IMG/VR virus record: IMGVR_UViG_3300023174_000159
Coordinates: 2,837-66,836 of that record
Reading direction: 5' to 3' (one strand)
Length of the DNA stretch: 64,000 nt
DNA from: a virus
The stretch's first letter is position 1. Every line of letters begins with the position of its first letter. Below the pieces are notes generated by a model, which saw nothing but the letters and a program-made list of their open reading frames with translations, searched no databases and was not told the origin of the DNA. The position numbers were made by a program, and so were the translations under genes. This document shows, piece after piece, positions 59,351 to 64,000 of this stretch.

Positions 59351-59707
59351 ATGAAATACGCAACAACATTCAGAACATTCGCTTTCCCAGAAAGCATAGT
59401 CAAACAACTTCCAATTCTTATAGAACAATTCGGAGAAGAAGCTACTGATGGATTATTAACAGTGCAAACAATTGCTTGCGGCTGGGACGATTCAGAACAT
59501 ACCAGACTCAGAGCATTAAGATTCCCAGAGACTGCTTCTTTAACTGATTTAATTGATGGGCGCAAAGCTTATACTGCGTTATGGTCACTCAGATTACTTG
59601 AAGCATATGATCAAGGATTACTTGCTGATGTTCAAGAATTAACAACTGAAGAACTACAGGCTCTATTACCAGTATATGAAGAAATATTTATAGAAGAAAA
59701 TAATTAA
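59351..59707 (+). CDS. Hypothetical acidic protein, possible fibre chaperone
   Basis: 118 aa closing the array; function inferred only from position. Confidence 0.5.
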   Translation: MKYATTFRTFAFPESIVKQLPILIEQFGEEATDGLLTVQTIACGWDDSEHTRLRALRFPETASLTDLIDGRKAYTALWSLRLLEAYDQGLLADVQELTTEELQALLPVYEEIFIEENN

Positions 59708-59778
59708 GTGATAATATATAAAAATAATAAACATACTGATAATATTAGATTTTTTATAATAAAAAGATAAATAATTCC

Positions 59779-60447
59779 ATGGCATTGAAACTTAGACTAA
59801 TTGCAGAAAATCCAGAACTCTTAGAAAGATTTGAAATTGTTGAAGAACAAGACAATTTAAAGAAAGGTAGTTCTTTATATGTTAAAGGTCCGTTCATAGG
59901 ATGCAATCAAGTTAATAAAAATCGTCGTATGTATAATTTAGAAGATACACGCGAAGAAGTAAATCGTTATATCAACGAAATGGTAACTCCTGGAAGAGCA
60001 ATGGGTGAATTAAATCATCCGTCAAGTGCTGAAGTTAATCTTGAAAGAGCATGTCATTTAGTTACTGAACTTTATGAAGAAGATAATGCATTTTATGGCA
60101 AGGCCAAAGTATTATCAACTCCAATGGGACAAATTTTAAGAGCATTGATCAATGATGGTGTTAAAGTTGGAATGTCAACCAGAGCATTAGGGTCATTGCA
60201 AGAAGAGTCATCATATAATATTGTAAAAAATATGAGACTTGTTGCTGTTGACGCAGTTGCAGATCCATCATTTCCAAAAGCGTTTGTCAATGGAATTTTA
60301 GAATCAAAACAGTGGGTCGTTTCTGATAATGGAAAATATGAAGAAATTTATGAAAATTTTGAAAAATCCATAGGTAAACTTCCAAAACACGATATGGGTA
60401 ATTATTTAAAAGATCAAATTTTAAAATTTATCAATTCACTTAGTTAA
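59779..60447 (+). CDS. gp21: Prohead protease
   Basis: [43 protein letters not shown]...AFVNGILE. Confidence 0.96.
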   Translation: MALKLRLIAENPELLERFEIVEEQDNLKKGSSLYVKGPFIGCNQVNKNRRMYNLEDTREEVNRYINEMVTPGRAMGELNHPSSAEVNLERACHLVTELYEEDNAFYGKAKVLSTPMGQILRALINDGVKVGMSTRALGSLQEESSYNIVKNMRLVAVDAVADPSFPKAFVNGILESKQWVVSDNGKYEEIYENFEKSIGKLPKHDMGNYLKDQILKFINSLS

Positions 60448-60455
60448 ATAATATC

Positions 60456-60812
60456 ATGCCGCTTAAAAAAGGATCATCAGAAAAAACAATAAGTTCTAAC
60501 ATCTCAAAAGAGATCAAGTCTTATAAGAAGACTGGGAAGATTGGAACATCTAAACCAAAATCAAAGAAAAAAGCACAACAGCAAGCTGTTGCGATTGCGC
60601 TTTCAAAAGCTGGTAAAGGTAAAAAGAAAAAGCCTGAACAATCCGAAGAAACAAAAACTAAATCCAAAATAAATGAAAATGCAACAATTGCATCATTTAT
60701 TAATTGTATTTTTGAAAAAAATTACAACGCTGCGAATAAATATTTAACAGACATTCTTAATTCAAAATTACAAAACAGAATTCAGGATGAACTAACAACT
60801 CCATTATTTTAA
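60456..60812 (+). CDS. Small basic prohead-region protein
   Basis: [14 protein letters not shown]...QAVAIALS.A basic module plus a helical C-terminus; between gp21 and gp22. Confidence 0.6.
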   Translation: MPLKKGSSEKTISSNISKEIKSYKKTGKIGTSKPKSKKKAQQQAVAIALSKAGKGKKKKPEQSEETKTKSKINENATIASFINCIFEKNYNAANKYLTDILNSKLQNRIQDELTTPLF

Positions 60813-60815
60813 TTT

Positions 60816-61691
60816 ATGAAAATTACCGATCTATTAAACGAAGATGTTATCAGTGTAATTGGTGAAAAATCACTGGTTGCAATTCAAGAAGCTTTTGAAA
60901 ATAAAGTCGAGTTAACAACCGAAGCTGCGCTTATTGCACAGGATGAAGTTTATGCTGAAAAACTCAATGAACTAATCAAAGCAATTGATAAAGATCATAG
61001 TTCAAAAATGAAAAGAGTTGTTGAAGCAGTCGATGCTGACAGAACACAAAAACTTTTAAAAATTGCTAAGAAATATGAAAGAACACTGAATGAAGATTCA
61101 TCAGCGTTCAAAAAGCAAATGGTTGGTGCAGTCAGTGTATATCTTGATGAATTTTTAGAAGAATCAATTTCAAAAGAAGATTTAGCATCTGCTGTTAAAA
61201 ACAAAAGTGCGTATAATGTTTTAGAAAAACTTCGTGGAGTTCTTGCTGTGGATTCAGTATTAATGAAAGAATCAGTACAAGAAGCAGTTCTTGATGGTAA
61301 AACACAAATTGATAATTTAGCTATTGAAAATTCTAAATTAAAGAAGCAACTTTCTTCTTTACAAGAAAACTTTAATAATATCAGAGTCAACGCTCTTATT
61401 GAAGAAAAAATTTCAAACATGGCAAATGATAAAAAATCATTTATCAGAAAAACCCTCAAAGACAAATCATTTGACTTTGTAAATGAAAATTTTGATTATG
61501 TATCTCGTCTTTTTGATAAAAAAGAAAAAGAGAAAATCAAATCAATCACAGAAGAAGCAAAACAAAGGAAAATGGATGTAGATTTTATTCCAGAATATCA
61601 AAATATTGTTTCTGAAAGTGTAAATAACAATAACGATAATTCTCACAATGCTTATATTGATGAGTTATCAAGAGTTTTCGGTAAGAGATAA
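60816..61691 (+). CDS. gp22: Prohead scaffolding/core protein
   Basis: Coiled coil with I.EAFE.KV and V..YLD..LEE, directly upstream of the capsid gene. Confidence 0.8.
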   Translation: MKITDLLNEDVISVIGEKSLVAIQEAFENKVELTTEAALIAQDEVYAEKLNELIKAIDKDHSSKMKRVVEAVDADRTQKLLKIAKKYERTLNEDSSAFKKQMVGAVSVYLDEFLEESISKEDLASAVKNKSAYNVLEKLRGVLAVDSVLMKESVQEAVLDGKTQIDNLAIENSKLKKQLSSLQENFNNIRVNALIEEKISNMANDKKSFIRKTLKDKSFDFVNENFDYVSRLFDKKEKEKIKSITEEAKQRKMDVDFIPEYQNIVSESVNNNNDNSHNAYIDELSRVFGKR

Positions 61692-61755
61692 TTTTCACCA
61701 AGAACCATGAGGTCGTATGACCTGAATATAGAAACAGAAAATATACGTAAAACAT

Positions 61756-63210
61756 ATGAAACCTAATTCCCCAGTTAACGAAAGCAGAACTGACACTCTT
61801 GTAAGAAAGTGGTCAAAGGTTCTGGATTATAGCAGCAATGCTATTCCAGCAATCCGCGATGAGCACACTTACAGAACTACAGCTATGCTTCTTGAAAACC
61901 AAGAACAATGGTGCATCCAAGAAGCGAATACTGGTACTGGAATCTTCGGCGCTACTGGCGCAGGTGGTCCAGGAACTATACCTAACTCCGATGGCTATGC
62001 CACTGGAGATAGTCGCCTTCCAAAGATTCTCATTCCTATGATCCGCCGTACTTTTCCTGAGTTGATTTCCAACGAAATTGTTGGTGTTCAGCCAATGGGT
62101 GGTCCAGTTGGACTTGCATTTGCCCTTCGCTATGCTTATCAGAACGAGTCTCTCGGTGCTGATGGTGTCGATGGTCGTGCATTTACAACCGCTGATCGCG
62201 CCAATGGCGGCGCGTACCTTTCAGGTGCGCAAGGCTTGAACTCCACCGAACTTGGTTATCAACTTCTTGACACACGATTCACAGGTACTTCTTCAGGTGC
62301 TCTCTCTGGTTTAACTGGAGAGTGGTTATTTGCAGATGCAGACCGTGGTGTTGCCGAACTTCTTTCAAACTACGAATTGACAGGTAAAATCCCTCAAATC
62401 GAGATGAAGTTCGAAAAGACCGCTGTTGAAGCTGGAACTCGCAGACTTGCTACTCGCTGGTCTGTTGAGCTTGAGCAAGACCTTAAGAACATGCAAGGTA
62501 TCGATATAGACGGGGAACTCACTAATGCAATGTCATATGAGATCCAAGCCGAAATCGACCGTGAAGTTGTTATTCGTATGATTCAAGCCGCCATGAATGG
62601 CGGAGCAGGTGCTGGATACTCCTTCTGGAGTCCAGTAAGTTCAGACGGTCGTTGGACTGCAGAGCGTAATATCACTTTCTATCAAAAGCTACTCATCGAG
62701 GCTGGCCGTATGGCCGCTCGTAACCGTAGAGGCGCTGCTAACTTTGTTATCGCAACTCCTCGCGTTTGCACCATCCTTGAAATGCTTCCTGACTTCAAAA
62801 CATATGAAATCTCTGGAAGTATCTCAACCGCTGGTGTTGGTGTATCTAAGGTAGGAACTGTAGGAAGCCGCTTCACAGTATATCGTGACACACGTACCGA
62901 AGTACAAAATCAAACTCTCTATTCACCGAACTATTATCGCAATGCTCCAAACTCTGGTGCTGGCGTTGAATATGCTCTTCTTGGATACAAGGGTTCTGAG
63001 TACTACGATACTGGTATCATATATTGTCCTTACATCCCGATCATGGTTCAAAGAACCATCGGACCAAATGATTTCGCTCCTCGCGTCGGTCTTATGACCC
63101 GCTATGGAATCGTTAATAATATCTTTGGTGCGAATCTTTATTACCACTTGATCATTGTTAAAGGTCTTGGTGCAGCATTTACTCCTGGTACAGTTTCCAC
63201 ATATTTATAA
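61756..63210 (+). CDS. gp23: Major capsid protein
   Basis: LLENQ, LIPMIRR.FP.LI...IVGVQPM.GP.GL.FALR, R.L...WS.EL.QDL, EI.AEIDRE, YCPYIP, F.PR.GL.TRYG. Confidence 0.98.
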   Translation: MKPNSPVNESRTDTLVRKWSKVLDYSSNAIPAIRDEHTYRTTAMLLENQEQWCIQEANTGTGIFGATGAGGPGTIPNSDGYATGDSRLPKILIPMIRRTFPELISNEIVGVQPMGGPVGLAFALRYAYQNESLGADGVDGRAFTTADRANGGAYLSGAQGLNSTELGYQLLDTRFTGTSSGALSGLTGEWLFADADRGVAELLSNYELTGKIPQIEMKFEKTAVEAGTRRLATRWSVELEQDLKNMQGIDIDGELTNAMSYEIQAEIDREVVIRMIQAAMNGGAGAGYSFWSPVSSDGRWTAERNITFYQKLLIEAGRMAARNRRGAANFVIATPRVCTILEMLPDFKTYEISGSISTAGVGVSKVGTVGSRFTVYRDTRTEVQNQTLYSPNYYRNAPNSGAGVEYALLGYKGSEYYDTGIIYCPYIPIMVQRTIGPNDFAPRVGLMTRYGIVNNIFGANLYYHLIIVKGLGAAFTPGTVSTYL

Positions 63211-63247
63211 TGTGAACTAATCGAAGTAAGTACTTCAAAAGTCTATC

Positions 63248-63284
63248 AAACCATGGGGGCCGAAGACCCCATGGTTTCTTTTTT
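63248..63284 (+). terminator. Intrinsic terminator after gp23
   Basis: AAACCATGGGG...CCCCATGGTTT followed by a T tract. Confidence 0.88.
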
Positions 63285-63340
63285 ATATAATTATGTCTAG
63301 AATAAAATAAAAAATTTAAAACAAATAACTAAATAATAAT

Positions 63341-63721
63341 ATGGCTAGTTATACATTTAACACTCAAGTTTTATCAGCAGCATTAGTAGGTATTGGAAAT
63401 CCAATAGCTCCACCCAGCACTTTTTATCCATTAACTGCTGCTGGCGTTGGTATCATTTCACTTTCTTCTATACACGAAGGACTTGCGTTTAACTCATTAC
63501 CATTGTTAGCTAGAACTGTCACAGCAACAGTCAGAGGAAGCGTATTCAACATCAACGAAGCATATGATCTCAAAACAATGGCATTGTTCGAATCTAACAA
63601 TACTTACACTGTATTTACTTTCAATTCTGCTGCCCCAACTACACAAACCATTCTACTTTCTGGAAGTAGAGATGTATCAACACCAGAGCATAGAAGAAAG
63701 TGGATATTAGGATATTATTAA
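63341..63721 (+). CDS. Hypothetical late virion protein (possible capsid decoration)
   Basis: TAAATA-N5-ATG directly after gp23; beta-rich. Confidence 0.55.
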   Translation: MASYTFNTQVLSAALVGIGNPIAPPSTFYPLTAAGVGIISLSSIHEGLAFNSLPLLARTVTATVRGSVFNINEAYDLKTMALFESNNTYTVFTFNSAAPTTQTILLSGSRDVSTPEHRRKWILGYY

Positions 63722-63748
63722 TAAAATAACTATTTAAAATTTAATATC

Positions 63749-63778
63749 AAACACCAGATTAATTTCTGGTGTTTTTTT
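63749..63778 (+). terminator. Intrinsic terminator
   Basis: AAACACCAGA-TTAATT-TCTGGTGTTT followed by a T tract. Confidence 0.85.
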
Positions 63779-63805
63779 ATTTTATTATATAAATAATAAT
63801 AATAC

Positions 63806-64000
63806 ATGTTTATCGGAGGTTCAGGGAGTGGTGATGAATTCAATAAAAACGACCAAGGTTTTTATAGAGGGGTCGTTATTAAAAACAACGACCCTCTTCG
63901 TTTAAACAGAGTTAAAATTTATATTTCTGAATTATCCAATCAACCGTTTGAAGAATGGTTTGATTCATATGACGATATTGCAGTTAAAACACCTGGAACA
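63806..64000 (+). CDS. gp5: Baseplate hub gp5-like OB-fold protein, 3'-truncated
   Basis: Translates as MFIGGSGSGDEFNKNDQGFYRGVVIKNNDPLRLNRVKIYI..., matching YRGVV..N.DP...RVK; TATAAATA at 63788. Confidence 0.75.
   Translation, partial: MFIGGSGSGDEFNKNDQGFYRGVVIKNNDPLRLNRVKIYISELSNQPFEEWFDSYDDIAVKTPGT

Noticed and set aside
60995-63147. Antisense and alternative-frame ORFs within gp22 and gp23, and similar short ORFs inside other core genes
   Set aside because: Nested in well-supported genes, with no motifs or initiation signals
1-64000. Genome-wide TAG reassignment (alternative genetic code)
   Set aside because: All other conserved genes are intact under code 11 with no internal TAG; only the gp43 junction is a read-through candidate
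1-64000. tRNA, rRNA or self-splicing introns
   Set aside because: Intergenic gaps are short and I saw no cloverleaf or intron core; a covariance-model scan would be needed to exclude them fully

Overview
64 kb from a large, very AT-rich, T4-like (Tevenvirinae-related) myophage genome, probably uncultured. The host cannot be determined from this sequence. Layout: tail-fibre and Thr-rich mucin-like genes with a glycosyltransferase (1-5 kb); a minus-strand replication/recombination block (gp61, gp45, gp32, gp59-like, degenerate DHH protein, gp41, uvsX, gp43, gp46/47, gp55, uvsW, uvsY; 7.8-29.3 kb); small late genes and phoH; a 12-gene glycan-synthesis island (34.8-44.4 kb); gp62, GroES, DinG; and a rearranged structural block (gp15, gp20, gp13, gp4, a fibre plus five-gene lectin array, gp21, gp22, gp23, start of gp5). 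Most notable: (1) the DNA polymerase is split at its catalytic DTD|S motif by a Ser1/Ser+1 split intein. The two halves are in frame, separated by the only TAG stop I found among the credible genes, and that TAG overlaps a late-promoter-like TAAATA box in front of the C-terminal half. (2) About 20 genes have TAAATA 5-7 nt before the start codon, and several have TTGACA-N16-TANNNT similarly close, which suggests mostly leaderless mRNAs. (3) A possible virion O-glycosylation system (mucin-like substrates plus a fucosylation island). (4) An apparently inactive DHH protein directly after the helicase. All family assignments are from motif recognition by eye; no database searches were run.
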